Below are positions 1 to 8,601 of a stretch of DNA of 64,000 bases, piece after piece (the first letter of the stretch is position 1; every line of letters starts with the position of its first letter). The stretch is from NCBI GenBank assembly GCA_963746845.1, contig CAVVCZ010000004.1, positions 1,184,001 through 1,248,000 of the forward strand, given 5' to 3'. The notes below the pieces were generated by a model. That model saw only the letters and a program-made list of their open reading frames with translations, had not been told where the DNA came from and made no database searches. The DNA comes from an uncultured Chloroflexia bacterium (GTDB taxonomy: Bacteria > Chloroflexota > Limnocylindria > Limnocylindrales > CSP1-4). The position numbers and the translations under genes were made by a program.

Positions 1-194
1 TGCGCCCGCGCCGCGACCTCCGGCACGATCCCGCCCGCCGCCGCGTGAAGCGCCGTCTGGCTCGCGACGACGTTCGAGAGGATCGTCCGACCGCCCTGGA
101 TCACCGCGATCCCGGTCTCGTCGCACGACGACTCGACCGAGAGCACGACGCTCTCCTCCAGCGGCGGGCTCGGACGACCGCCGCCCGACGTCAT
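1..194 (-). CDS. tsaD: tRNA N6-threonylcarbamoyltransferase TsaD, 5' part (runs off the window edge)
   Basis: Not in the ORF track. Manual translation from ATG 194 (ATGA overlap with the rimI stop) gives [43 protein letters not shown], the TsaD N-terminal signature. Confidence 0.93.
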   Translation of the reverse strand, partial: MTSGGGRPSPPLEESVVLSVESSCDETGIAVIQGGRTILSNVVASQTALHAAAGGIVPEVAARA

Positions 195-793
195 GGGTCG
201 GTCCTCGGGGGCGGCTCCGTGCCTTCGTCGACGACCAGGTCCTCGTCCGGCTCGAACGGGCCGGTCGGCGCCGGGCCGTCGTCGAGGTCCACCCGGAGAC
301 GCTCGATCCGCGCCCGGACCACGGGGTCGTCGAGCGGCTCCGTCGTCATGATCAGCGCGTCCTCGTTGTTGTCGCTGTAGTAGCGCGGCCGGAGCCCCAC
401 CGGGCGGAAGCCGTACTTCTCGTACAGCCGGCGCGCGGCCACGTTCGAGAGGCGGACCTCCAGGGTGGCCTCGCGCGCGCCCCGGTCCCGGGCGAGGTCG
501 AGGAAGGCGAGCAGCAGGCGCTCGCCCAGCCGCTGGCGTCGCCAGGCCGGATGGACCGCGAACGTCGTGATGTGCGCCTCGTCGACCATCAGCCACATCC
601 CGCCGTAGGCGACGATCCGTCCGCCCGCCCGGGCGACGAGGTACGACGCGAGCCGGTTCGTCATCAGCTCGCTCCGGTAGGCGTTCGGCGGCCAGGGCGT
701 CGTGAAGCTGGCCTCCTCGATCCGGAGCACCTCGTCGAGGTCCTCGAGACGCATCGCCCCGATCACGATCTTCACCGGCGGTCGCGCGACCAT
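191..793 (-). CDS. rimI: Ribosomal-protein-S18 alanine N-acetyltransferase RimI (GNAT)
   Basis: [28 protein letters not shown] motif; tsaB-rimI-tsaD context. Confidence 0.93.
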   Translation of the reverse strand: MVARPPVKIVIGAMRLEDLDEVLRIEEASFTTPWPPNAYRSELMTNRLASYLVARAGGRIVAYGGMWLMVDEAHITTFAVHPAWRRQRLGERLLLAFLDLARDRGAREATLEVRLSNVAARRLYEKYGFRPVGLRPRYYSDNNEDALIMTTEPLDDPVVRARIERLRVDLDDGPAPTGPFEPDEDLVVDEGTEPPPRTDP

Positions 794-1503
794 GCGACCT
801 CCCCGCTCTCCGCGCGGACGCCGCGCGGCAGGCTGACGTACTCCGGGACGAGCCGGGCGAGATCGTCGCCGCCGTCCGCGAGCCGGGCCGCACCGAGCGC
901 CGCGAGGGTGCCCGCGAGCCCGGCACGCGCCGCCTCGCCGCGGGCCACCGCGTCGGCCGGGGCCCGGGCGTCGAGGTCGACCGCGATGATGACGTCGCCG
1001 GCACGGAGGTCCGGCTCGGTGCCGCCCGGCAGCAGCTCGGGCGGAACGCCCGCCCGGACGACGTGGCGATCGTTCGGCCCCGCCGGCAGCAGCAGGACGA
1101 TCCGGCCGATGTCGGGCGCGGCCGCGCCGACCGCGGCCGCCTCGACGGCCTCGGCCGCGGCGGCGGCCCGGATGAGCGCCTCGCCGGTCGACACACCGGC
1201 AATCGGAACGCCGAGCTCATGGGCCAGCGCCTTGGCGGTCGCGAGGCCGACCCGGAGCCCCGTGAACGCGCCCGGGCCCGTCCCGACGATCACGGCGCGG
1301 ATCCGCGATCGGCGCAGGTTCGCCTCGCCGTGGAGACGCCCGATCGCCGGGAGCAGCCCTGCGCCGTGCGTGCGGCCGGCCTCCCACGTCGTCACGCCGA
1401 GCAGGTCGCCACCCGGGTCCGCCGCCGCCACGACGACCCGGCTCGTCGCGGTGTCGATGGCGAGGAGCCACGGACGCCGCCCGTCGGAGCCGTTCCCGGT
1501 CAT
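772..1503 (-). CDS. tsaB: tRNA threonylcarbamoyladenosine biosynthesis protein TsaB
   Basis: LAIDTAT and [11 protein letters not shown] motifs. Confidence 0.95.
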   Translation of the reverse strand: MTGNGSDGRRPWLLAIDTATSRVVVAAADPGGDLLGVTTWEAGRTHGAGLLPAIGRLHGEANLRRSRIRAVIVGTGPGAFTGLRVGLATAKALAHELGVPIAGVSTGEALIRAAAAAEAVEAAAVGAAAPDIGRIVLLLPAGPNDRHVVRAGVPPELLPGGTEPDLRAGDVIIAVDLDARAPADAVARGEAARAGLAGTLAALGAARLADGGDDLARLVPEYVSLPRGVRAESGEVAWSRDRR

Positions 1504-2015
1504 CGAGCCGCCTCGAGATACCGCCGGTGCCGGTCATCGCCCGCGACGAGCTCGATCGTGCGCGGCTCGTCGCCGCTTCCCTCGATCCGGATGTCCAGCC
1601 GCCCGGCCGGGAGGACGGGACCCATCCGATCCGGCCATTCGACGACGGTCAGCCCGTCCTCCTGGCGCTCGTCGACGACGCCGCCGGCGAGCGCGTCGGC
1701 GGCATCCGCGAGCCGGTACAGGTCGACGTGGAAGAGGGGCAGGCGGCCGCGGTACTCCGACATCAGGACGAAGGTCGGCGAGTTGACCGTGTCCTCGATG
1801 CCGAGGCCCACGGCGACCCCCTTGGTCAGCTGCGTCTTGCCGGCGCCGAGCTCGCCCCACAGGCAGAGCAGGTCGCCGGCCCTCCCCAGCCGACCCAGAC
1901 GCTCGCCGAGCGCCAGCGTGTCGGCCGGCGACGACGATCCGACGAGGGCCCGATTCCCGGTGACGCCACGGGCGACGCCGGCCGCCGCGGCTCCACCGGC
2001 CTGACGGCCGGTCAT
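1500..2015 (-). CDS. tsaE: tRNA threonylcarbamoyladenosine biosynthesis ATPase TsaE
   Basis: Walker A GELGAGKT, SPTF, HVDLYRL and VEWP motifs. Start taken at ATG 2015, just after the upstream stop; the longer 441-aa ORF overlaps another gene. Confidence 0.93.
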   Translation of the reverse strand: MTGRQAGGAAAAGVARGVTGNRALVGSSSPADTLALGERLGRLGRAGDLLCLWGELGAGKTQLTKGVAVGLGIEDTVNSPTFVLMSEYRGRLPLFHVDLYRLADAADALAGGVVDERQEDGLTVVEWPDRMGPVLPAGRLDIRIEGSGDEPRTIELVAGDDRHRRYLEAAR

Positions 2016-2017
2016 CG

Positions 2018-3085
2018 TCAGACGAACCGCTCGAGATCGGCGATCGGCACCGGGCGCGGCGTGTCGTCGCCGAACGACACCCAGCCGGCCTCGAGGAACG
2101 TGCCACCGGCGAACCGGCGGATCCCGGCCAGCCCCGCCCAGCGGCCCTCTTCGCCCGCATGCTCGCCGGATCGAACCCGGACGTGGCTCGGCGGCGGGAT
2201 CCGCACGTCGATCCCCGGCGCATCGAACACGAGCGCCGGCGGGTCGACCGAGATCGCCACCGTCATGCCCGCGAGCGCCTCGAGGATCGCGGCGATGGGT
2301 CCGGCGATCGGGCGGCGAATGACTCCATCGAGGATCAGCACGGCGAACGGCGGCAGGCGATGGAGGGCGGCCCGCTGGCGAGCCTCCGAGGCCAGGAAGT
2401 CGCGCCGCTCCTTGCCGGCCAGCCCGCTGACGATGACCCCCCGGACGCCCATCGCCCGGGCCCGCGTCAGCGCCTCCGCGTCGACCCGCGAGCCGATCAC
2501 GAGGATCGTCCCAGCAAGCCCGACGTCGAGCGAGGTCGAGCGCAGCCGGCCGTGACGGACGTCGCCGCGATCGGTTCCAAGGGACAGCCGCCCGCTCGTC
2601 GGGTCGCCGAGCGCCTCCACGCCCGGCATCGCCCGGCCCTGGGCCTGGACGCGGACGGAGATCCCCGGCCGGATCTCTCGCACCACGCCGGCGGTCGGGC
2701 AGTCGACGCCCTCGACGTGATCGCCGGTCGCGAGCGCCCAGTGCCCGCCGTGCTCGTAGACCAGCTCGCCAGCGTCCGCGCCGACCGACCGCCGGACCCG
2801 GGCCGCCTGACCGGTCCCGGACCACGCCGAGCCGGGACGCGCGAGCTCGTCGGTCGAACCGGACGGCAGCTCCGCCAGCCGCGGATCCCGGAGGCGCTCC
2901 GCGATCGTCGTGCCCGCGACGATCGCGTCCCCGGTCCGGACGAGGATCCGATCCCCGGGCCCGAGCCTGAACGCGATCTCGATCGCGTCGCGGAGCAGCG
3001 TCCGGCCCGTGACGAGGTCCAGCCCACGGCCGTGCGGGCGCGGCTCGACCGTCTCGGGGGTCTCGGATCGGACGTCGGTCGTCAT
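2018..3085 (-). CDS. Conserved hypothetical protein with barrel-sandwich-hybrid-like N-terminus, central alpha/beta domain and KOW/SH3-like C-terminus
   Basis: ATG 3085 overlaps the upstream stop (ATGA). Motifs: LVRTGDAIVAGTTIA and CPTAGVVREI (biotinyl/lipoyl-like half motifs), GTILVIG..ALTRARAMGVRGVIVSG, and VRVRSGEHAGEEG..VPIADLE. Confidence 0.75.
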   Translation of the reverse strand: MTTDVRSETPETVEPRPHGRGLDLVTGRTLLRDAIEIAFRLGPGDRILVRTGDAIVAGTTIAERLRDPRLAELPSGSTDELARPGSAWSGTGQAARVRRSVGADAGELVYEHGGHWALATGDHVEGVDCPTAGVVREIRPGISVRVQAQGRAMPGVEALGDPTSGRLSLGTDRGDVRHGRLRSTSLDVGLAGTILVIGSRVDAEALTRARAMGVRGVIVSGLAGKERRDFLASEARQRAALHRLPPFAVLILDGVIRRPIAGPIAAILEALAGMTVAISVDPPALVFDAPGIDVRIPPPSHVRVRSGEHAGEEGRWAGLAGIRRFAGGTFLEAGWVSFGDDTPRPVPIADLERFV

Positions 3086-4713
3086 CGGTCCCGGGTCAGC
3101 CACAGGGATTCCTGCCACGCGTCGAGCAGCTCTCGCCGGCGCTCGAGTCGATCGGGCAAGCGGAGCGGCACGTCGCGAAGGTCGACGAGCAGGCCCCCCA
3201 GCCCGCCCCCGACGTCGACCGCGAACCGCCGGCCGCGCACGCCGAGCCGGACCGCATCGCGGAAGTGCAGCTCGGCCGTGGCCACCTCGCCCGGCGGCAG
3301 GTCGACGAGCTCGAGGCCGCCGGGCACCAGATCGCTGTCCGAGACCCCCGAGCCGCCGTGGATCCGGAGCGTGCCGGCGCTCTGGCCGGCGCGGATCCCG
3401 GCCGGGATCACCACGCTGCCGAGGGGCGTCAGCACGTCGTCCACGAGGTCGATCAGCGCCTGCCGGCGCTCGACGGGGTCCGGGATCACGCCGAGCGAGC
3501 CGAGGAGGCGGGAGTGGTCCTGGGCGATCGCGATGGCGGCCGGGCGACGCACGACATCCGCGAGAGCGAGGGCGACGGCCGGGCCCGGGGCGCAGGCAAA
3601 GGCTCCACCCGAGACGATGACGAGGTCCGGGGCGGGCAGCGCCGACTGGGCCGGCGTCGCCTCGACGAGGACGCCCAGGGCGGCGCGCGCCGCCGCGAGC
3701 CGGAGACGGGCCCCGTCACCGGCGATCGCCGACCACGGCCACAGACGCAGCTCGCGCAGCCGGTCGCGCAGGCGATGACGGTCGAGGGAGATCGTGGACC
3801 AGGCGAGGACGCGATCGACCGTGACGTCGCCGGGGTCCGGTGGGACGAGGCAGGCATCGGCGATGATCGAGACCTGGGCGGTGGCCTCCGCGCCGCCGAC
3901 GCCCGGGCTGGCGGTCGCACGGAGACCGCCATCGAAGCCGATCTCGATCAGCTCGACCCGGCGGTCGAGGACGTCTGCGAGCGCAGCGGTCATCCGTCCC
4001 GCGGCGCGTCGTGGGTCGTCGGGTCCGCCGCGGGCATCGTCGAGCAGGCGCCGCAGCGGCTCGCCGGGCGGGTCGCCGGTCATCGCGGCCGGGGCCAGCA
4101 GGATCTCGCCGCCGCGATCGCCGGACGACGACTCGATCCGGCCGAGTTGATCCGCCATCGCCCCGGCGAGGATCACCGTCAGCTCCGGGCGGCGGGCAAC
4201 GACGCCGGCCACGATCGCGGCGAGCTCGTCGAGCTGGCGCCGCTCGTCGGCACCGGGTGGGTCGCCCGCCCCGACGAGGATGACGTCCACGTCCGGATCG
4301 AGCAGCGCACGGGTGAGGACAAGGGGATCCGCGCCATCGCGGGTCACGCCGCTGGTACGCCAGCCGGTCTTGCGCGCCGCGGCCACCAGGGGCCCCAGGG
4401 CGCGATCCGAGACCGCGACCGCCAGTAGGGACCGGGCGGGTGCGCTGCGCGCCACGAGCCGCGGGAGGTCGGCGGCGATCGTCGCGGGCTCGACGAGGCC
4501 GTCGTGCGGCCCGAGGCCGAGCGCCGACCAGAGCTGGGGATCGGCGGCGTGGACCCGGCGCACGAGCTCGGTGCCCATCGCGTCGACGTCGCCCGGAGCG
4601 GGCAGCTGGAGCGAGCCCACGAGGCGCCAGCGATGGGCCAATCGGCCGATCATGGCAGTCGAGGTCGTCGCGGCACCGAGGTCGACGGCAAGGAACGCGC
4701 GGGGATCCGTCAC
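3082..4713 (-). CDS. Glutamate mutase L (GlmL/MutL)-like ASKHA-fold ATPase family protein
   Basis: N-terminal phosphate-1-like AVDLGAATT, second ELIEIGFDGG, adenosine-like IVSGGAF and C-terminal GGLGGLLVDLRDVPL..RRELL..W. Family assignment is from motif recall only. Confidence 0.65.
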   Translation of the reverse strand: MTDPRAFLAVDLGAATTSTAMIGRLAHRWRLVGSLQLPAPGDVDAMGTELVRRVHAADPQLWSALGLGPHDGLVEPATIAADLPRLVARSAPARSLLAVAVSDRALGPLVAAARKTGWRTSGVTRDGADPLVLTRALLDPDVDVILVGAGDPPGADERRQLDELAAIVAGVVARRPELTVILAGAMADQLGRIESSSGDRGGEILLAPAAMTGDPPGEPLRRLLDDARGGPDDPRRAAGRMTAALADVLDRRVELIEIGFDGGLRATASPGVGGAEATAQVSIIADACLVPPDPGDVTVDRVLAWSTISLDRHRLRDRLRELRLWPWSAIAGDGARLRLAAARAALGVLVEATPAQSALPAPDLVIVSGGAFACAPGPAVALALADVVRRPAAIAIAQDHSRLLGSLGVIPDPVERRQALIDLVDDVLTPLGSVVIPAGIRAGQSAGTLRIHGGSGVSDSDLVPGGLELVDLPPGEVATAELHFRDAVRLGVRGRRFAVDVGGGLGGLLVDLRDVPLRLPDRLERRRELLDAWQESLWLTRDR

Positions 4714-4719
4714 CGGTTC

Positions 4720-4725
4720 ATGCTA
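4720..4725 (-). promoter_or_regulatory. Putative -10 element (TAGCAT) of a leaderless transcript for the GlmL-like gene
   Basis: TAGCAT lies 6 nt upstream of GTG 4713, with no Shine-Dalgarno in between. Confidence 0.45.
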
Positions 4726-4762
4726 CCCGGGCGCCGCCGGGATGGCCGGACCTACCGGCGCG

Positions 4763-5053
4763 CTATGCGTCCCAGGTGACCTCTTCGTCGATCTCCTCGA
4801 GCCGCGCGATCAGCAGCTCGATCCCGGCATCGTCGGCAAGGATCAGCGACGCCGACGCGTCGTCCCCGCCGAACAGGCCGCGGAGCACCGGGTCGAAGAA
4901 GAGCATCGCGTTCGCCCCGAGGGGGCGGTACGGGCGGCTCGCCTCGAGGAAGTGGACGGCCGGGCCGGTCAGCCCGCGCAGCTGGATCTCGCGAGCGACC
5001 CGCTCGACCAGCTCGTCGCGCTGCTCCTCGGTCCGCTCGTACGAGAAGCTCAT
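4763..5053 (-). CDS. Small helical hypothetical protein (96 aa)
   Basis: MSFSYERTEEQRDELVERVAREIQLRGLTGPAVHFLEASRPYRPLG..LLIARLEE. The ATG overlaps the macrodomain stop (ATGA) and the composition is globular. Confidence 0.8.
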   Translation of the reverse strand: MSFSYERTEEQRDELVERVAREIQLRGLTGPAVHFLEASRPYRPLGANAMLFFDPVLRGLFGGDDASASLILADDAGIELLIARLEEIDEEVTWDA

Positions 5054-5610
5054 GCCGGGATCGGCTTGGGCACGATCGACGAGGTGGCCGGACCGACGGA
5101 ACCGCCGATGGGCGTCGCCAGGGCGGCCTCGAGGGCGTGATAGGCGGCGGCGCCGCGCATCGCGAAGATGACATGCTCGATCGTCGGCGAGCGCTCGAGC
5201 TCGTAGCGCACGGCGTGGACGGTGACGCGGGCCGCCTCGTCGAGCGGGAACCCGCCGACGCCGGTCCCCATCGCCGGGAAGGCGATGCTCCGGACGCGCA
5301 GCTCGCGGGCCCGGGCCATCGCGCTCCGGATGGCCCGGTCGAGGATGTCCGCGCTCGTCCGCCGGTCGCGGTCGAGCGACACGGCGTGGACCACGAAACG
5401 CGCGGCCAGCGATCCGGCCGGGGTCACGATCGCCTCGCCGAGCGGGACGGGCGCCTGGCGCACGGCGGCGAACTCGATCTGGTCTCCGCCGGCTCGCTTG
5501 ATCTCGCCGCCCACGCCCGTCGACATCCACAGCGACAGGTTCGCGGCATTCACGATGGCGTCGACCTCGAGGTCGCAGATATCGCCATTCCAGAGCTCGA
5601 TCCGAGCCAA
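5050..5610 (-). CDS. Macrodomain protein (MacroD/YmdB-type ADP-ribose binding or O-acetyl-ADP-ribose deacetylase)
   Basis: GDI..DAIVNAAN..GVGGEI..AGG, VVHAV and SIAFPAMGTGVGG motifs. TTG start at 5610 with GGAGG upstream. Confidence 0.88.
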   Translation of the reverse strand: MARIELWNGDICDLEVDAIVNAANLSLWMSTGVGGEIKRAGGDQIEFAAVRQAPVPLGEAIVTPAGSLAARFVVHAVSLDRDRRTSADILDRAIRSAMARARELRVRSIAFPAMGTGVGGFPLDEAARVTVHAVRYELERSPTIEHVIFAMRGAAAYHALEAALATPIGGSVGPATSSIVPKPIPA

Positions 5611-6863
5611 GAGGCCTCCATCCCGGAAAGGGCACGCGTGCCCGTGATTCCAGCCGGCGCATCGTACACCCGGGTCAGCCGAGCGGACATGGCGGTGACG
5701 ACCTCCCACGAGTTCGTGGTGCGCCATCGCGCCACCTCACCGGCCGGGATCGTCTCGTCGGCCTGCGTCCCGATCAGGACGACCTCGTCGGCGACGTTCA
5801 CGGGCGCGCCCGGCACGTCGGTCACGTCGATCATCGTCGCGTCCATCGCCACGTTGCCGACGACCGGCACGCGCTTCCCGCGGACGAGCGCCGCGGCCCG
5901 GTTCGACAGCGATCGCGGCCAGCCGTCGCCGTAGCCGATCGGCAGGGTGGCGATCCGGCTCGGCCGCGACGCCCGCCAGGTCGGGCCGTACGAGACGCCG
6001 TGCCCCACCGGCAGCTCGACGACCCGGACCGGCCGCGCCCGGAGCGACAGGGCGGGTCGCAGGCCCTCGGCGCCCGGGACGAATGCCCCGGTTCCGAGCC
6101 CGGCGGCCGGCAGCTCGTCGGGGATCAGGCCGTAGGTGATGAGGCCGGGTCGGACCGCGTCGTACCGGGGGACGGTGCCGAGGAGGATCGCGGCGCTCGC
6201 GGCGAGGTGACGGCGGGGCACCCGGATGTCGGCCGCCTGCAGCGACGCGAGCGCCGCGTCATAGCGTCGGACCTGCTCGATCGTGATCAATTCGACCTCG
6301 GCCTCCTGGAGATGCGACCAGACGCCGCTCAGCCGGGCCCCGGCCGCGAGGATCCGGTGACCGACGTCCGCGACCTCGTCCACGGCCGCGCCGCCGCGAC
6401 CCAGGCCGGTCTCGACCTCCAGCTCGATGTCGAGCTCGCCGACGACGCCGGCGTCCACCGCCGCCGCGAGCAGCGCGTCCACCGCCGGCCCGTTGCCGGC
6501 GGCCACCGCCACCCGCGCGCGGACCGCGGTCGCGACCTCGGCCGGTGGGATCGGGTAGAGGACGAGGATCTGCACCACGATCCCGGCCGCGCGCAGCGCA
6601 ACCGCCTCGTCGAGCGTCGCCACGCACAGCGCGGCGGCACCGGCGGCCTCGACGGCCCGGGCGATCGGGACCATCCCGTGGCCGTAGGCATCGGCCTTCA
6701 CGACGGGCATCGTGGGCAGGCCGCCGGTCATCGTGCCGATCGCGCCGAGGTTGCCCTCGATCGCGGCGAGGTCGACCTCGATCCAGGCCGTGCGCCGAAG
6801 GGCCGGGAGACCGGCCGCGGCGAGGCGTGTCTCGATCGACGGGCGGTCGCCGGTGCCGGTCAG
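5550..6863 (-). CDS. alr: Alanine racemase (PLP-dependent)
   Basis: VVKADAYGHG (catalytic Lys), ETGLGRGG, VRPGL, GVSYG (catalytic Tyr) and IGYGDG. The conserved N-terminal AWIEVDLAAI lies upstream of the first ATG (6731), so the start is placed at CTG 6863; the start is uncertain. Confidence 0.88.
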   Translation of the reverse strand: MTGTGDRPSIETRLAAAGLPALRRTAWIEVDLAAIEGNLGAIGTMTGGLPTMPVVKADAYGHGMVPIARAVEAAGAAALCVATLDEAVALRAAGIVVQILVLYPIPPAEVATAVRARVAVAAGNGPAVDALLAAAVDAGVVGELDIELEVETGLGRGGAAVDEVADVGHRILAAGARLSGVWSHLQEAEVELITIEQVRRYDAALASLQAADIRVPRRHLAASAAILLGTVPRYDAVRPGLITYGLIPDELPAAGLGTGAFVPGAEGLRPALSLRARPVRVVELPVGHGVSYGPTWRASRPSRIATLPIGYGDGWPRSLSNRAAALVRGKRVPVVGNVAMDATMIDVTDVPGAPVNVADEVVLIGTQADETIPAGEVARWRTTNSWEVVTAMSARLTRVYDAPAGITGTRALSGMEASWLGSSSGMAISATSRSTPS

Positions 6864-7996
6864 GAGCCGGTCCCCGATCGATCGGCGGGCGCCGCGGGGA
6901 CGGGCGCCGCGGCGGGCTCAGCCGCGGTCTCGTCCGCGCCCGGAGCGGCACCCGGCAGGCGGATCCCGAACCCGAGCCGGCCTGCCGACGCGCGTCGCTC
7001 GGCGACGGCCGCGAGCCGCTTGCGGGCCATGGCGATCGGCTCGGGGAGGTCGGAGGCGAGGAGGCCGGCGTCGCCGAACCGCTCCCGGACCGCGTCGCCG
7101 GCGAGACCATGCAGGTACACCCCGAGCCGTGCCGCGTCGTACGGCGCGAGATGCTGGGCGAGGAGCGACCCGATCGTCCCGCTCAGGACGTCGCCGGTCC
7201 CCCCGCTTGCGAGCGCCGGGTTCTCGAACGGGGCGATCGCCAGGCGACCGTCCGGTGCCGCGATCACCGTCTTCGCGCCCTTCAGGACGACGACCTGGCC
7301 CCAGCCGGTCGCGGCGTCGCGGGCCGCGACGGCCCGGGCAGTGTCGTCGCCGCCGAGGTCGCCGTCGGCGTCCGCCTCCACGCCGCTGCCGGCCCGGAGA
7401 CGGGCGAACTCGCCCGCGTGCGGCGTGAGGATCGACGGCCGGCGATCGCCCTCCCACCACCGCTCCTCGGCGGCAAGGGACCGGAGCGCCTCGGCGTCGA
7501 GCACGACGGGCGCCGCGCCGTCGTCGCGCGCCGCGAGCATCAATCGAACGAGCTCGGCCGTGGCCAGACCCGGCCGGAGCCCCGGCCCGATGACGATCGC
7601 GTCGTGGTCGTGGTCGAGGATCCGGGCCAGGGCGGGCTCCGGGTCGATCTCCTCGACGTCGTCCTCGGGGAGGGCCATCGTCGTCGCCTCGACGACCTTC
7701 GCCGCGAACAGTGGCTGGAGCGACTCGGGGACGGCGAGCGTGACCAGGCCGGCGCCCGCCCGCCCCGCCGCGCGACAGACGAGGAGCGCGGCGCCGGCAT
7801 AGTCGAGCGAGCCGGCGAGCACGAGGAGCTTCCCGAATGAGCCCTTGTGGCCCCGCTTGTCGCGGGCCGGGAGGAGGCCGGCGGCGATCTGGTCGTCGAG
7901 GAGCTCGGCGCCCTCGACCGGCGGCTCCTTCGCCGAGCCCGCCGCCGGCCCCGAGCCCTCGGCCGGGGCGAACCCGAGCCGGCCGCGGTCAGCCAC
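6860..7996 (-). CDS. nnrD: ADP-dependent NAD(P)H-hydrate dehydratase (stand-alone YjeF C-terminal domain)
   Basis: HKGSFG..GS..YAGAA, IGPGL, VLDAEAL, LTPHAGEF, VLKGAKT and ASGGTGDVLSG motifs. Confidence 0.92.
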   Translation of the reverse strand: MADRGRLGFAPAEGSGPAAGSAKEPPVEGAELLDDQIAAGLLPARDKRGHKGSFGKLLVLAGSLDYAGAALLVCRAAGRAGAGLVTLAVPESLQPLFAAKVVEATTMALPEDDVEEIDPEPALARILDHDHDAIVIGPGLRPGLATAELVRLMLAARDDGAAPVVLDAEALRSLAAEERWWEGDRRPSILTPHAGEFARLRAGSGVEADADGDLGGDDTARAVAARDAATGWGQVVVLKGAKTVIAAPDGRLAIAPFENPALASGGTGDVLSGTIGSLLAQHLAPYDAARLGVYLHGLAGDAVRERFGDAGLLASDLPEPIAMARKRLAAVAERRASAGRLGFGIRLPGAAPGADETAAEPAAAPVPAAPADRSGTGS

Positions 7997-8591
7997 CGTC
8001 GCCGTCCGGCTCGCCGTCGAGCGCCGCGCGACGGGCGTTCGCCTCGTGCAGCACGCGCAGCCGCTCCATCCGCGCCAGCAGGCGCTTCTCGCGGTCGTCG
8101 AGCCGCTCCTCGATGTCGAGCGGGAAGACGTACTTCCCGCCGGCCGACCGCACGCCGAACGCGATCGCCACCGCGTAGTCCAATTCGTGGCTGATCGACA
8201 CGGCGATCCGGTCCATGCCCAGCTGATCCGCCCGGGCCGCGGCCCGCCCGTGGAGCCGCACCGCGGGCTGCCCGGTCGGCAGCCGCTCGATCTCGATGTC
8301 GCGCCAGCCGATCCCGCGGACGCCGAGCCCGAGAACCTTGCTCACCGCCTCCTTCGCGGCCCACCGGCCCGCGAACGTCTCCGGCCGCTGCCGGACGTAG
8401 CGCTGTTCGGAGGTGGTCAGGACGCGGTTCGAGAAGCGATCGCCGAACTTCTCGATGGAGCGGCGGATCCGATCGACCCTGATGATGTCGATCCCCAGCT
8501 CGGTCGTACCCTCGGGCGCATGGGGTCGCAGAGCTCCCCCTGCGACCTCCGGGGGCAGCGTGGCGGGCGCTCGCTGAGGTTGCCGGCTCAA
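7989..8591 (-). CDS. acpS: Holo-[acyl-carrier-protein] synthase with terminal extensions
   Basis: GIDII, AGRWAAKEAVSK and VSISHE motifs. Confidence 0.92.
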   Translation of the reverse strand: MSRQPQRAPATLPPEVAGGALRPHAPEGTTELGIDIIRVDRIRRSIEKFGDRFSNRVLTTSEQRYVRQRPETFAGRWAAKEAVSKVLGLGVRGIGWRDIEIERLPTGQPAVRLHGRAAARADQLGMDRIAVSISHELDYAVAIAFGVRSAGGKYVFPLDIEERLDDREKRLLARMERLRVLHEANARRAALDGEPDGDGG

Positions 8592-8601
8592 CGCCCCGCG
8601 C

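Noticed and set aside
1500-2825. 441-aa extended tsaE ORF
   Set aside because: The N-terminal 270 aa are off-frame overlap with the 2018-3085 gene; TsaE homology begins after 2015.
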